The notes under the pieces: model-generated
Told to the model about the DNA's origin: nothing
Database searches by the model: none
What the model saw: the letters and a program-made list of their open reading frames with translations, nothing else
Program-made: the position numbers and the translations under genes
Part shown: positions 13,247 through 24,103 of the stretch, piece after piece
Layout of the letters: the number at the start of each line of letters is the position of its first letter
How positions within the stretch are numbered: position 1 is the first letter of the stretch
From: Octopus sinensis
Taxonomy: Eukaryota
NCBI RefSeq assembly: GCF_006345805.1
Contig: NC_043014.1
Location: 44,578,001-44,642,000 of the forward strand
Direction of reading: 5' to 3'
Length of the DNA: 64,000 bases

Positions 13247-16200
13247 CACGCATGCATACATACAGTTTTTTTCAGTTTCCATCTACCAAATCCACTCACA
13301 AAGCTTTAGTCAGCCTGTAGAAGATACTTGCACAAAGTGCCATGCAATGGGATTGAACCTGAAACCATGTGGTTGGGAAGCAAACTTCTTAACCACACAG
13401 CCATGTCAGCACCTATACTCTTTACACTTTTACTTGTTTCAGTCATTTGACTGTGTCCATGCTGGAGCACCGCCTCTAGTCGAGCAAATCGACCCCGGGA
13501 CTTATTCTTTGTAAGCCCAGTACTTATTCTATTGGTCTCTTTTGCCGAACTGCTAAGTGACGGGGACGTAAACACACCAGTATCAGTTGTCAAGCAATGC
13601 TAGGGGAACAAACACAGACCCACAAACATATACACACACATATATATATATATACATATATACGACAGGCTTCTTTCAGTTTCCGTCTACCAAATCCACT
13701 CACAAGGCATTGGTCGGCCCGGGGCTATAGCAGAAGACACTTGCCCAAGATACCACGCAGTGGGACTGAACCCGGAACCATGTGGTTGGTTAGCAAGTTA
13801 CTTACCACACAGCCATGCCAGCACCTGAGTAAAATTTTAATTCAGAAATGTGAGGTACCAAACTAGACTGTGTAAAGTATTTACTTCATCTCTCTACTCT
13901 GTATTGTCTATAGCAGAAAAGAACAGCTGGAAGTTAAGAGACAAATACTTGCATCAAACAAGTTTAAGTAGTTTTGTTGCTTAAGACTCATCCCAGCGAG
14001 ACGACATGTGCTGTGCTTTCGCAGACATGACCTCAGGCATCGGATGCTCTTCTCAAAGTGACCTTTTAAATACGCATGCCTTGTAATTTAGCAAATAAGC
14101 CTGACTGTTCCAGCAGAGCAAATTCACCAATAAAAACCTGCTCGGGTTTCAGTTTCACAGTATGTCACTACAGATCTTTAAAACCAAGAGGGCGGTTGTT
14201 ATTCTCTCACTTCGATACATTCAAGATATCTTAAAGACACATACACGCCACTAACACCACCACCACCAATACCATCACCAACACCATCACCACCATCATC
14301 ATCATCATCATAACCATTTAATGTCTGTTTTCCATGCTGGCATAGGTAAGATGGTTCGACTGGCGGCGAGCTATCAGAATAGTTAGCACGCCGGGCGAAA
14401 TGCGTAGCTGTATTTCGTCTATCGTTACATTCTGAGTTCAAATTCCGCTGAGGTCGACTTTGCCTTTCATCCTTTCGGGGTCGATTAAATAAGTACCAGT
14501 TACGCACTGGGGTCGATATAATCGACTCAATCCGTTTGTCCCCTCTATGTTTAGCCCCTTGTATGTAGTAAAGAAATAGGTTCGACTGGAACTGGTAAGC
14601 CGGAGAGCTGCACCAGGCTCACGTCTGTTTTGACTTGGTTTCTATGACTGGATGCCCTTCCTAATGCCAACCACTCCATAGAGCGTACTGGGTGTCTTTA
14701 ATATGTTACTGGCATAGGTGCCCTTTACATGTCACCAGCATGGGAACCTTTTGCATGTCCCGGCATGGGTTCCTTTTATGTGTCACCAGCACAGGTGCCT
14801 CTCGTGTGTCCCTGGCACAGGCCACAACTACGTTTGCACCTAGCTTGACGTGTCTTCTCAAGCACAGCAAATCACTAAAAGTCTAGGTCACTTGACATCG
14901 CCTCAGTGAGACTCAACATCCAAGGATCATATTTCACCACCTCATCTCATGTCTTCCTGGGTCCACTTTTTTCCACACGTTAGAGACAAGCACTTCTTTA
15001 CATAACTGTCCTTATCCATATGCAATAATTATAGACATATATAACAAATCAAACTCACTGACGTGGCTGATATTTACCATATTTACCATATTTCTGTTGA
15101 GGTGCTCTGTGTTTCTTTCAATTAATTTCAAATATAATAAAAAATTTAGTAAAGTAACTTAGTTATCATTGAGCTGGTGTTAGGAACATTAATCGTGACT
15201 AAGGTTTAATAATAATAAAACATTGTGTACAGTGCTCAGGTGCACTACAACTCATCTAAAGTGTATGTATAGTACATAGGGTAAAGTACAAGTGTCAGGA
15301 AAAGAACAGTGCATGAGTCATGACATACACATATGTGTATGAGTATGGAAGGGGGACAATCAGGTGTAGTTTCGGTGGATTTCGGAAAGCATGAGGGCCT
15401 TAAAGGATGAAGTGTCATGGCAGTCAACAACTGACGCAGGCAGTTTGTTCCATGTTTCAGCAACTCTGAGCGTGAAAAAATGTTTCCGAAAGTCATGGGA
15501 GATGGAAGATTTCAATTTAAAAATTATGAAAACACAACGTTTGTACTACAGAGCCAGAGGTGGTTTCAGCCGGGTTGGTCACGAAAGGGTTAAAGTAAAA
15601 ATGGAACAATCAATCAACTCAACATTAATACCTTAATGTTGCCTGTTTTATCAACCTGGAAAGATGGAAAAGATGAAAAGCAACTTCCACCAGAAAAAGG
15701 ATTTTAACATTGTGTGCATGTGTGTGTGTGTGTGTGTGTGTATGTGGATGCGGATGCTCACATAAATATATTTACAACACTTACTTGTAATTTCTTCTTC
15801 CAACACAGTTATTAAGCCAAATACAATGATGATCAAATTCAGCAACACATTTATTACAATCACTGCAGTGTTTGGACTTGTGACAGCTGAGAAAACAAAT
15901 GGAAAAACAGAAGGATAAACCCGTCATCATCATCATCGTCATCATTTTATGTCTGCTTTCTATACTGGCTATATAGGCAGGGGACAGTTTGGAGGGCAGT
16001 TTGGACGTAGGGCAGGGGACCATGTCTCACCTCTACATTTTATTTTGGCAATGATTTGAAACATAAACTTGTCTTTAGTAAATAGAAATTAATAAAAAAG
16101 AAACTGTGAAATACACGACATAGACATTTGTGACATTAAAGTAAAACGCAATGTTATGTCAGTTCTGCTTAGAGTGATGCGTGTGTGTGTGTGTGTGCAC

Positions 16201-17895
16201 TTGTGTGTGTGTGTGCACTTGTGTGTGTGTGTGTGTGTGCGCACTTGTGTGTGTGTGTGAGTGCGTGTGTGTGTGTGAGTGTGTGTGTAAGTGTGTGTGT
16301 GTGTGTGAGTGTGTGTGTGCACTTGTGTGTGTGTGTGAGTGTGTGTGTGTGTGTGTATGTGTGTGTGTGTGTGTGTGTGTATGTGTGTAGGGAGAGAGAG
16401 AGATAGACACAGAGACAAACAGGAAGAGAAGCAGAAGATGTAAGAGAGACCGCAAACATAGTGTAATAAAAATTTTATGAAGAGAAATTCGAGGCAATCA
16501 TTTTTAACTCTTAATTACCATCAAACAATATTTATTAGTAAAAATAATGACCTTGGTTACAATATTTCATTTGTTCATACAATTATTGAGCAAATAATTA
16601 AGTTGAAATTTTAAGAGACTAGAGTTCAGAGGAAATAAAAAAAAAAAATCAGTCTACAGGAAGTCTTCCTTTGGATTTCAAATTAACACAGAGAAGAAGA
16701 CATTTCAATACTTACACATCTACTTCACAAATATGACAATGCTGGTTTTCAATGACGTGTTTATGTTGATTCCGATCAAAAGATTTTGGCACCGCTTGAA
16801 GACGCTTCAAAACATTCTCATCGGCGGGATTTATGGATGTGGCGATAACATTGATGAAAAAATGGACAGTAAAGAGCACTCCAACTGACTTGAATTATAA
16901 TTAAGGAGCATAACAACAATGTGTAGGGGGTTTTTTTTTTCTCCCTAATATTTGTTCTGGTTTCCTTTCTTTTTCTTTTAACAAGTTCATAGAGTAAAAC
17001 AATAAATGACATAAAAAATCACATTACAAACATATACTCTCTCTCTTTTACTTGTTTCAGTCATTTGACTGCGGCCATGCTGGAGCACCGCCTTTAGTCG
17101 AGCAAATCGACCCCAGGACTTATTCTTTGTAAGCCCAGTACTTATTCTATCAGTCTCTTTTGCCGAACCGCTAAGTTACGGGGACGTAAACACACCAGCA
17201 TCGGTTGTCAAGCAATGCTAGGGGGACAAACACAGACACACAAACACACACACATACATATATGTATATACATATAATTTCAACAATTGAGGGTAAAATT
17301 AATTAATTATTAATCAATTTCACCAAGTGTTCAGTATGCAAAGGGACCATTTAAGGCGAATTCAAATTATTACATTATATAGTAATTTATGAAGTAATTT
17401 ATTTTACTAAGCCCTTTTATATAATGTAATAATTTGTATATACATATATACGACATGCTTCTTTCAGTTTCCGTCTACCAAATCCACTCACAAGGCATTG
17501 GTCGGCCCGGGGCTATAGCAGAAAACACTTGCCCAAGATGCCACGCAGTGGGACTGAACCTGGAACCATGTGGTTGTCTAGCAAGCTATTTACCACACAG
17601 CCACTCCTGCGCCTATATAAAAATAAATATTAATTTCTTGGTCACAGAGCCAAGTGTTCAAAGCAATGAGAACAGTTGATCAATTCAACATTTAGTGTAT
17701 TACTGGAGCCTATTTTGATGAGCCAATGAAAGAGCCTCTAGTGGCTGTGTGGTAAGTAGCTTGCTTACCAACCACGTGGTTCCGGGTTCAGTCCACTGCG
17801 TGGTACCTTGGGCAAGTGTCTTCTACTAAAGCCTCAGGTCGACCAAAGCCTTGTGAATGGATTTGGTAGACAGAAACTGAAAGAACCCCATCGTA

Positions 17896-17928
<33 letters not shown>

Positions 17929-20900
17929 GTACGTGAGTGTATATGTTTGTCCCCTCAACATCGCTCGACAACAAATGCTAGTGTGTTTACGTTCCTGTAA
18001 CTTAGCGGTTCGGCAAAAGAGACTGATAGAATAAGTATTAGGCTTACAAAGAATAAGTCCTGGGGTCAATTTGCTCGACTACAAGGTGGTGCTCCAGTAT
18101 GGCCGCAGTCAAATGACTAAAGCAAGTAAAGAGTAAAAGAGTTAATTGCTTTACATGATAGAAATAGCAGCCAATTTCCTTCAAATCACACCTTACCATC
18201 TTAAAACAGGAAGACACGATGGACAACAAAGTCTTAGATAGACAAAAAGAAAAATGTAATGGCTTTAATCATAAGTCTACTTGATCAGGCTAAACAACAA
18301 CAACCTGTGGCTAAACAAAACAACAACTAGTGGAAAAGAGACTTGACGTCAGTGGGATTTGATCTCAGATTTGCAGAAGCCAAAAACTGAATACTGTAAT
18401 GCATTTAGCCAAAGGCTCTACTACCTTAGCCATCTTCAATACTCTAAAATGCATAAATATTGATTTATCAATTAACACAAGACCACTCAACCACTTGAAA
18501 AATGAATATATTAATGAACAATAATATTTATCTTTTTCTTAGTAGAGAAAAGCCATAACTGACTGGTTTGACAAGGTGTCAGCCTAACAGCCAAAGAGTT
18601 GTTGACGAATATAAATGATAAGTAGTGTGGCTGAATGTAACCTTCACACTGCATCAAATTCTTATATTTTACCATAACTTCCCTTGAATAACATCATCAG
18701 GAGAAGAATTGGGGGTCTTCAGTCTCACCTCAATGATTCAACATGATGTAAGTGTCACTTACAAAGGTTCAGGATATGTTAAAGGGTTTGTTTCTTTTTG
18801 TTTATCTAAGACTTTGTTGTCCATCGTGTCTTCCTGTTTTAAGATGGTAAGGTGTGGTTTGAAGGAATTTGGCTGCTATTTCTAGCATGTTAAGCAATTA
18901 AGTAGAGGCTCTTTCATTCCCTTGAATAACATCATCAGGAGAAGATTGGGAGTCTTCAGTCTCACCTCAATGATTAAAGGGTTTGTTTCTTTTTGTTTAT
19001 CTAAGACTTTGTTGTCCATCATGTCTTCCTGTTTTAAGATGGTAAGGTGTGGTTTGAAGGAATTTGGCTGCTATTTCTAGCATGTTAAGCAGTAAAATAG
19101 AGGCTCTTTCATTCCCTTGAATAACATCATCAGGAGAAGATTGGGGGTCTTCAGTCTCACCTCAAGGATTCAGCATGATGTAAGTGTCACCTACAAAGGT
19201 TCAGGATATGTTAAAGGGTTTGTGCGTGACCATTGTATCTTAGTGTTAAGCAAATGAGATATAAGTCTCCTCTTGGACAAAAGCATCGGTCTGTGTCAGA
19301 AACAATTGCTGATGAGTAAACTGAAACACACAGAATTAAGTTTACTTCCTACACTTTGGCAACTAGTCCCACTGCGTGGCACCTTGAGCAAGTGTCTTCT
19401 ACTATAGCCTCGGGCCAAATAAAGCCTTGTGAGTGGAGTTGGTAGATGGAAACTGAAAGAAGCCCGTCGTATATATATATATATATATATATATAGATAT
19501 ATATTATATCTATGTATATGTATATGTGTGTATATGTTTGTGTGTCTGTGTTTCCCAACAAAGGAAAGTTGATTTTGTTGGGATTTGAACCTAGAACTTA
19601 TTCTTTGTAAGCCTAGTACTTATTGTATTGGTCTCTTTTGCCAAACTGCTAAGTTACTGGGACGTAAACACAACACCATCGGTTGTCAAGCGATGATGGG
19701 GGGGACAAACATAGGCACACAAACATATATACACATATACATACATATATATATATATGACGGGCTTCTTTCAGTTTCCGTCTACCAAATCCACTCACAA
19801 GGCTTTGGTTGGCCCGAGGCTATAGTAGAAGACACTTGCCAAGGTGCCACGCAGTGGGACTGAACCCGGAACCATGTGGTTGGTAAGCAAACTACTTACC
19901 ACACAGCCACTCCTGTGCCTATAACGTAAATCAAATGACCAGAAATTGAAGCTTACTTGGAAATTCTGCTTACTACAAGTGTACAACTTCTTCTGTGAAA
20001 CACAGAATACACAGTAAAATCTAAACATATGATAATGATTTCTTTTGACTAGGCACAAAGCCAAATTTGGCAAAGGAAAAGCATAATAACCAACTGAATC
20101 AATCAATGAAACACAAAGCCAGCCCAATCAGGATTTAAACAGGGGAGGATAACACTAAATACTGTTCAACTTACTTTCGGCACTCTAACAGTTTGGTCAG
20201 TTCTCAATCTTATTATAAAACACTAATAATAGTAGCTGTTTCTAATTTAGGCACAAGGCCAGCAATTTTGGGGAGAGTTGGTTGGAGGGGAGGGTCTATA
20301 ATCAATTAAATCAACTTTGGTGGTTGACTAACGCCGAGTTTTTAACGAGTCCTGAGGAAAGAATGAAAGGCAAAGTTGACATTGATGAGGTTTGTACACA
20401 AAAAGTAAAGAGATGAAAGAAAAAAAACTGCAAGGCATTTTGTCCAGTGTTTTAACCAAAGCCTTGTGAGTGAATTTGGTAGACGGAAACTGAAAGAAGC
20501 CCGTCGTATATATGTATATATATATAAATATGCATGTGTGTGTATTTGTTTGCGTGTTTGTGTTTGTCCCCCCAACATTGCTTGACAACCGATGCTGGTG
20601 TGTTTACATCCCTGTAACTTAGCAGTTCAGCAAAAGAGACCAATAGAATAAGTACTAGGCTAACGGAGAATAAATCCTGGGGTCGACTTGCTTGACTAAA
20701 GGCGGTGCTCCAGCAAGGCCACAGTCAAAATGACTGAAACAAGTAAAAGAGTAAACGAGTACTTGACTTGTACTTTCTTTTATCACTTTATTTTATTGAC
20801 TCCGGAAGTCAATGAAGGGCAAAGTTGACATTGGCAAGATTTGAACTCAGTACACAAGGGGTCAGAAATAATAATGTTAGCCATTTTTTCCAGTGCTCTT

Positions 20901-23900
20901 ATAATCCTGCCAATCCAGGTACAAGGCCACACATTTTAAGCGGGGCTGGGAATAGTTAAATCATTCCTTGTTCTTTATTTTATCAATCCAAAATATTGCA
21001 TTATTTTATCAATCCAAAATATTGCATTCAGAATGTGAAGGGAGACAACTAATAACCAAGTGGCATTTTGTAGAATGCTCCACAAATTTTGCTTAATGAA
21101 TAAATTCATGATAAAAACACAAAAGCAGCACTCTTAGAATTCCTACATAACACTTCATGTGATTGCCATTCAATTCACATTGGGTTAAACTGCTTGACTG
21201 ATTCTCTTTACTCTCTTTTACTTGTTTCAGTCATTTGACTGTGTCCTTACTGGAGCACCGCCTTTAGTCGAGCAAATCGACCCCGGGACTTATTCTTTGT
21301 AAGCCCAGTACTTATTCTATCGGTCTCTTTTGCCGAACTGCTAAGTGACGGAGACGTAAACACACCAGCATCAGTTGTCAAGCAATGCTAGGGAGACAGA
21401 CGCAGACACACAAACACATACACACACATATATGTATATATATACATATATACGACAGGCTTCTTTCAGTTTCCATCTACCAAATCTACTCACAAGGCTT
21501 TGGTCGGCCCAGGGCTATAGCAGAAGACACTTGCCCAAGATGCCACGCAGTGGGACTGAACCCGGAACCATGTGGTTGGTTAGCAAGCTAACCCAGGGCT
21601 GGCCAACTTGAGGCCTGTGGGCCACATGCGGCCCGCAGACTTTTATCTTGCGGCCCACTTGATACTTTCTTGAAGTATTGTGTTTAGTTTCAAAATAGAA
21701 TTGTTTGTGTAAAACATTTGTCTCAAAATAAATTTAAAATTTATAAGTGGCAATAAAGCAATTCCCTACAATTTTATAATTTTAACCCTTTAGTGTTTAA
21801 ACCAGCCACACCAGGCCAAAATTGTCTTCCTGTTATATGCTCAAACCAGCCAGCTCTGACCTCTCACACCTACCCTACAAAGTCATTCTAAAAATAAACA
21901 AAGACATCATCAAAATCTCAGAGTTACAAGATGCTGTACAATTAATTTAAAACAATGTGATTAGAGAGGCTTTACATTTGACAGAGTAATCTGAATGCTA
22001 AAGTACAACGAAATGCTAAAGTACAAACGAAGAGTACGAAAAATTCTTGATTCTGTAATTTGATTATTTGTCTATTAGTGCATAAAGTATACGAGTGACC
22101 CTCAAAAAACTTTCTGTGATTAAAGTGGCCTACAATGTAATTTGAGTTGACCAGGCCTGCTCTAACCTCTTTTGAATAGCGTTCAAACAACCAGCTTCAA
22201 TCACAATTTCAAATATCTCATTAACCAGAATTCTGATATAGTTTGTACCAAATGTGGTTATTCCTTGACGAGAACTTCAGAACCTATCATTGACTAACAT
22301 TAACAAATAAGTGTTATATTTATCTTTCTGTCCACTTACAATAGTGCCTATTTATTCACATTGTTTTGAATTAATCAAGTATTATTGTGTTGCTTTGAGA
22401 TTTTCATGATGTGATGGTTTCTTTTTAGAGTGATATTGTAGGGTAGGTGTAAAAGACTGGATATGGCCAGTTTGAACATAAAACTAGTAGAAAATCTGGG
22501 CTGGATATGGCCTAGTGGTTAGAGCAGCGGACTCGCAGTCGAGGGATTGAGAGTTCGAATCTCAGACCGGGCGATGTGTGTGTTTATGAGTGAAACACCT
22601 AAGCTCCACGCGGCTCCGGCAGAAGGTAATGGCAAACTTCTGCTGACTCTTTCGCCACAATTTTCTCTCACTCTTTCCTCCTGCATTTTGTAGCTCACCT
22701 GCGACGGACCGGCGTCCCGTCCAGGTGGAGAACCTATACACCAAGGAAACTAGGAAAATGCCCCTTATGAGCCAGGCATGGCTCAAGAAGGAACAAACAG
22801 CAACAATTTAAATGTTAAAGGAGTGTGTGCGTGTGTGTGTTTGTTTACTGGTTTCATTCACTGAACTGTGGCCATGCTGGAGTACCACTTTCTATGATAT
22901 AGTTGATTACCTTGATTCCAGTACATATTTTACTGACTGGTTCTATATTATTGACCTCAAAAGAATAAAAGGGAATAGGGTCATGTTTACATTATTAATA
23001 CATTTAAAGAGATCTGGAATCATGAATCGGCCAATTATGAATAAATTTTGGTTAGTTTGTCTATTATAAACACAAGCATCTAGAAGACTTTCATAGTTTT
23101 GAAACTATATAGATCGGACGAAGGTTTTGCCTGCTTTAGAAGAAATTTGAAACGAAATCTCATGATTGACCATATTCCATAAAACAACCTGAAAATTATA
23201 TTCTAGTGAAAAATTTCTAATAAAAAATATCAGATATAAGTTTAAAGGGTTAAAAAATGTGGAAAGTAACATGAATAATATTATGTAAATGTCTTAAATA
23301 ATCAATATATAAATTAAATTTATGCAACGAATCAATAATTTATTTGTTTGTCATCTATACTGAGACAAGACTTCTCTTTAAGTAGATGAAATAAACACAT
23401 ACATGGTGGAAGCACTCCGTCGGTTACGACGACGAGGGTTCCGGTTGATCCGAATCAACGGAACAGCCTGCTCGTGAAATTAACGTGTAAGTGGCTGAGC
23501 ACTCCACAGACACGTGTACCCTTAACGTAGTTCTCGGGGATATTCAGCGTGACACAGAGAGTAACAAGGCCGGCCCTTTGAAGTACAGGTACAACAGAAA
23601 CAGGAAGTAAGAGTGAGAGAAAGTTGTGGTGAAAGAGTACAGCAGGGATCACCACCATCCCCTGCCGGAGCCTCGTGGAGCTTTTAGGTGTTTTCGCTCA
23701 ATAAACACTCACAACGCCCGGTCTGGGAATCGAAACCGCGATCCTACGACCGCGAGTCCGCTGCCCTAACCACTGGGCCATTGCGCCTCCACTAAACACA
23801 TACACACATACAACAGCAACAACAAAATTGTTAGATTTTAGTAAAACATAAAACTGCATTAAATTTTTTAAAGAAAAAAATAAATTTGGAAAAGGATACA

Positions 23901-24103
23901 CAGTACATATAAGGCTGTACCTCTTTAACTAGAGCTGGAACCATTGTGGTGAAGAAAAAGATTCCCAGGAAAATGAAAGTTCCCCATGCCACAAACTGTA
24001 GAGGATGTGGTGGGAGACTCCAGCCATTCAAACGTGCTTCTCTGTAGACCTCAGAGTTGGATGGTTTTTTACAACTATCAAGCAGTTCCCTGAGAATCCC
24101 CAT
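4313..24103 (-). CDS. ZDHHC1: DHHC palmitoyltransferase, ZDHHC1/ZDHHC11 group. Spliced CDS = join of 23900-24103, 16716-16888, 15785-15886, 11918-12042, 9943-9975, 6362-6487, 4313-4440; 3' end unresolved
   Basis: Manual splicing gives one open frame with matching phases (0,2,2,1,1,1): [163 protein letters not shown]... It has the DHHC-CRD, a TTxE motif and the NGWSxPPHPLQ N-terminus typical of ZDHHC1/11. All junctions are GT-AG. ZDHHC1 vs ZDHHC11 cannot be decided without a phylogeny. Confidence 0.93.
4590..4997 (-). mobile_element. tRNA-derived SINE family A (CORE-like, internal TA/CA microsatellite); representative of about 20 copies
   Basis: Head GGAGTGGCTGTGTGGTAAG..GGTTCAGTCCC, CCTTGGGCAAGTGTCTT core, tail GACTGAAACAAGTAAAAGAG. 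Other copies at about 8205-8600(-), 12341-12765(+), 13425-13820(-), 17040-17615(-), 17739-18140(+), 19590-19920(-), 20455-20757(+), 21205-21590(-), 26755-27140(+), 33912-34330(-), 38495-38887(-), 43022-43437(+), 47708-48112(+), 56878-57600, 59043-59421(-). Confidence 0.9.
5357..5910 (-). mobile_element. About 550-bp interspersed element embedded in (AAT)n
   Basis: Complex sequence with (ATT)n on both sides; internal CCAAT (5853-5857) and TATAAAAG (5814-5821, minus strand). Orientation is inferred. Confidence 0.55.
5940..6270 (-). mobile_element. SINE/RTE-tail family D (GGAAGGGCATCCAGC motif, (GAT)n tail); representative copy
   Basis: GGTTGGCGTTAGGAAGGGCATCCAGC..CCAACCCATGCTAGCATGG..(GAT)n. 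Other copies at about 977-1115, 11445-11800, 14300-14930, 29440-29640, 39520-39640, 41376-41610, 49160-49345, 49750-49990, 62030-62280. Confidence 0.8.
6362..6487 (-). CDS. ZDHHC1: ZDHHC1/11 coding exon 6 (TM4, 126 nt)
   Basis: ctcttccttttgcag acceptor; encodes [41 protein letters not shown]; GTAAGT donor. Confidence 0.92.
6896..7107. mobile_element. hAT-type MITE
   Basis: CAGTG...CACTG termini; 8-bp TSD CATTAGAT/CATTAAAT. Confidence 0.75.
7245..7545 (-). mobile_element. Degenerate RTE-like LINE 3' end
   Basis: The minus strand resembles a post-RT C-terminus (..[17 protein letters not shown]..) and ends in (AAG)n; heavily decayed. Confidence 0.45.
8837..9123. mobile_element. hAT-type MITE
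   Basis: TIRs CAGTGGTCCCCAAA / TTTGGAAACCACTG; 8-bp TSD ATTTAGAT/ATTTAGAC. Confidence 0.8.
9386..9606 (+). mobile_element. piggyBac-type MITE family P1 (221 bp)
   Basis: TTAA|CCCTTTAG...CTAAAGGG|TTAA. Other copies at 44345-44565(+), 58627-58847(-), 29647-29873(-), about 21786-22005, and partial copies at 22310-22510 and 27575-27740. Confidence 0.85.
9943..9975 (-). CDS. ZDHHC1: ZDHHC1/11 coding exon 5 (33 nt, luminal loop)
   Basis: ttttttactctgcag acceptor, CAG|GTAAGA donor; encodes [11 protein letters not shown]. It is symmetric (phase 1-1), so it could be skipped without a frameshift. Confidence 0.7.
10056..10368 (-). mobile_element. tRNA-derived SINE family C variant (GTCGTCGTAACC tail)
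   Basis: tRNA-like head (GGCTTAGTGGTTAG..GTTCGATTCC) and a tail shared with 23408-23790 and 44610-44990. Confidence 0.8.
10630..10940 (-). mobile_element. tRNA-derived SINE family C with V-domain-like segment; representative copy
   Basis: GCGA(T/C)GGACCGGCGTCCCGTCCA motif resembling the V-SINE domain. Other copies at about 22510-22800(+), 27250-27568(-), 28900-29185(-), 53595-53890(+), 55440-55740(-), 59690-60160(-), 61640-61930(-). Confidence 0.8.
11918..12042 (-). CDS. ZDHHC1: ZDHHC1/11 coding exon 4 (TM3, 125 nt)
   Basis: tttctctttttaccag acceptor; encodes [41 protein letters not shown]; GTAAGT donor; phases match neighbours. Confidence 0.9.
14364..14578 (+). mobile_element. tRNA-derived SINE family B (Nin/Deu-domain-like) inserted into a family D copy
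   Basis: GAGGTCGACTTTGCCTTTCATCCTTTCGGGGTCGAT..AAGTACCAG domain; TSD GGTTCGACTGG at 14353-14363 and 14579-14589. Other copies at about 36600-36815, 39790-40320, 40975-41170(-), 41958-42341, 48605-48825(-), 51345-51815, 54714-54945, 60355-60460. Confidence 0.88.
15085..15591 (+). mobile_element. piggyBac-type MITE family P2 interrupted by a CR1 fragment
   Basis: Both halves match 43918-44138; split at GACTAAGGTTT|TGGAAGATT. Confidence 0.75.
15208..15505 (-). mobile_element. CR1-clade LINE 3' fragment
   Basis: Minus strand encodes [36 protein letters not shown], a CR1-type ORF2 C-terminus; short (ATT)n tail. Confidence 0.8.
15785..15886 (-). CDS. ZDHHC1: ZDHHC1/11 coding exon 3, catalytic DHHC exon (102 nt)
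   Basis: Encodes [34 protein letters not shown]; ttttctcag acceptor, GTAAGT donor. Confidence 0.97.
16178..16405. repeat. Compound (GT)n microsatellite with recurrent GCACTT interruptions, followed by (GA)n
   Basis: Read directly from the sequence. Confidence 0.9.
16716..16888 (-). CDS. ZDHHC1: ZDHHC1/11 coding exon 2 (173 nt)
   Basis: Encodes [58 protein letters not shown]; acceptor CAAG, donor GTAAGT. Not called in this frame by the ORF track. Confidence 0.92.
18679..19223 (+). repeat. Local tandem triplication (units start at 18679, 18917, 19112)
   Basis: TTCCCTTGAATAACATCATCAGGAGAAG.. recurs three times; unit 2 has an internal deletion of about 45 bp and unit 3 is partial. Confidence 0.9.
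23408..23790 (-). mobile_element. tRNA-derived SINE family C, full length
   Basis: Head TGGAGGCGCAATGGCCCAGTGGTTAG..GTTTCGATTCCC; near-identical to 44610-44990. Confidence 0.9.
23900..24103 (-). CDS. ZDHHC1: ZDHHC1/11 first coding exon (68 codons); the exon probably starts at acceptor 24179 and includes 5'UTR
   Basis: ATG at 24103 with an in-frame TGA upstream. Encodes [15 protein letters not shown] plus TM1 and ends at a GTATCCTTT donor. Confidence 0.9.

Larger units (their letters stand above)
16889..23899 (-). other. U12-type (minor spliceosome) GT-AG intron, 7011 bp
   Basis: 5' splice site GTATCCTTTT (23899 downward). Branch motif CTCCTTAAT at 16900-16908, about 12 nt from the AG at 16889-16890. 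No polypyrimidine tract. Confidence 0.85.

Noticed and set aside
13089-13866. Recurrent ORFs containing [16 protein letters not shown] or [15 protein letters not shown]
   Set aside because: Translations of SINE family A, repeated at about 20 loci.
20975-21028. 26-bp tandem duplication (similar ones at 1822-1878, 2040-2100, 21995-22030)
   Set aside because: Ordinary slippage duplications.
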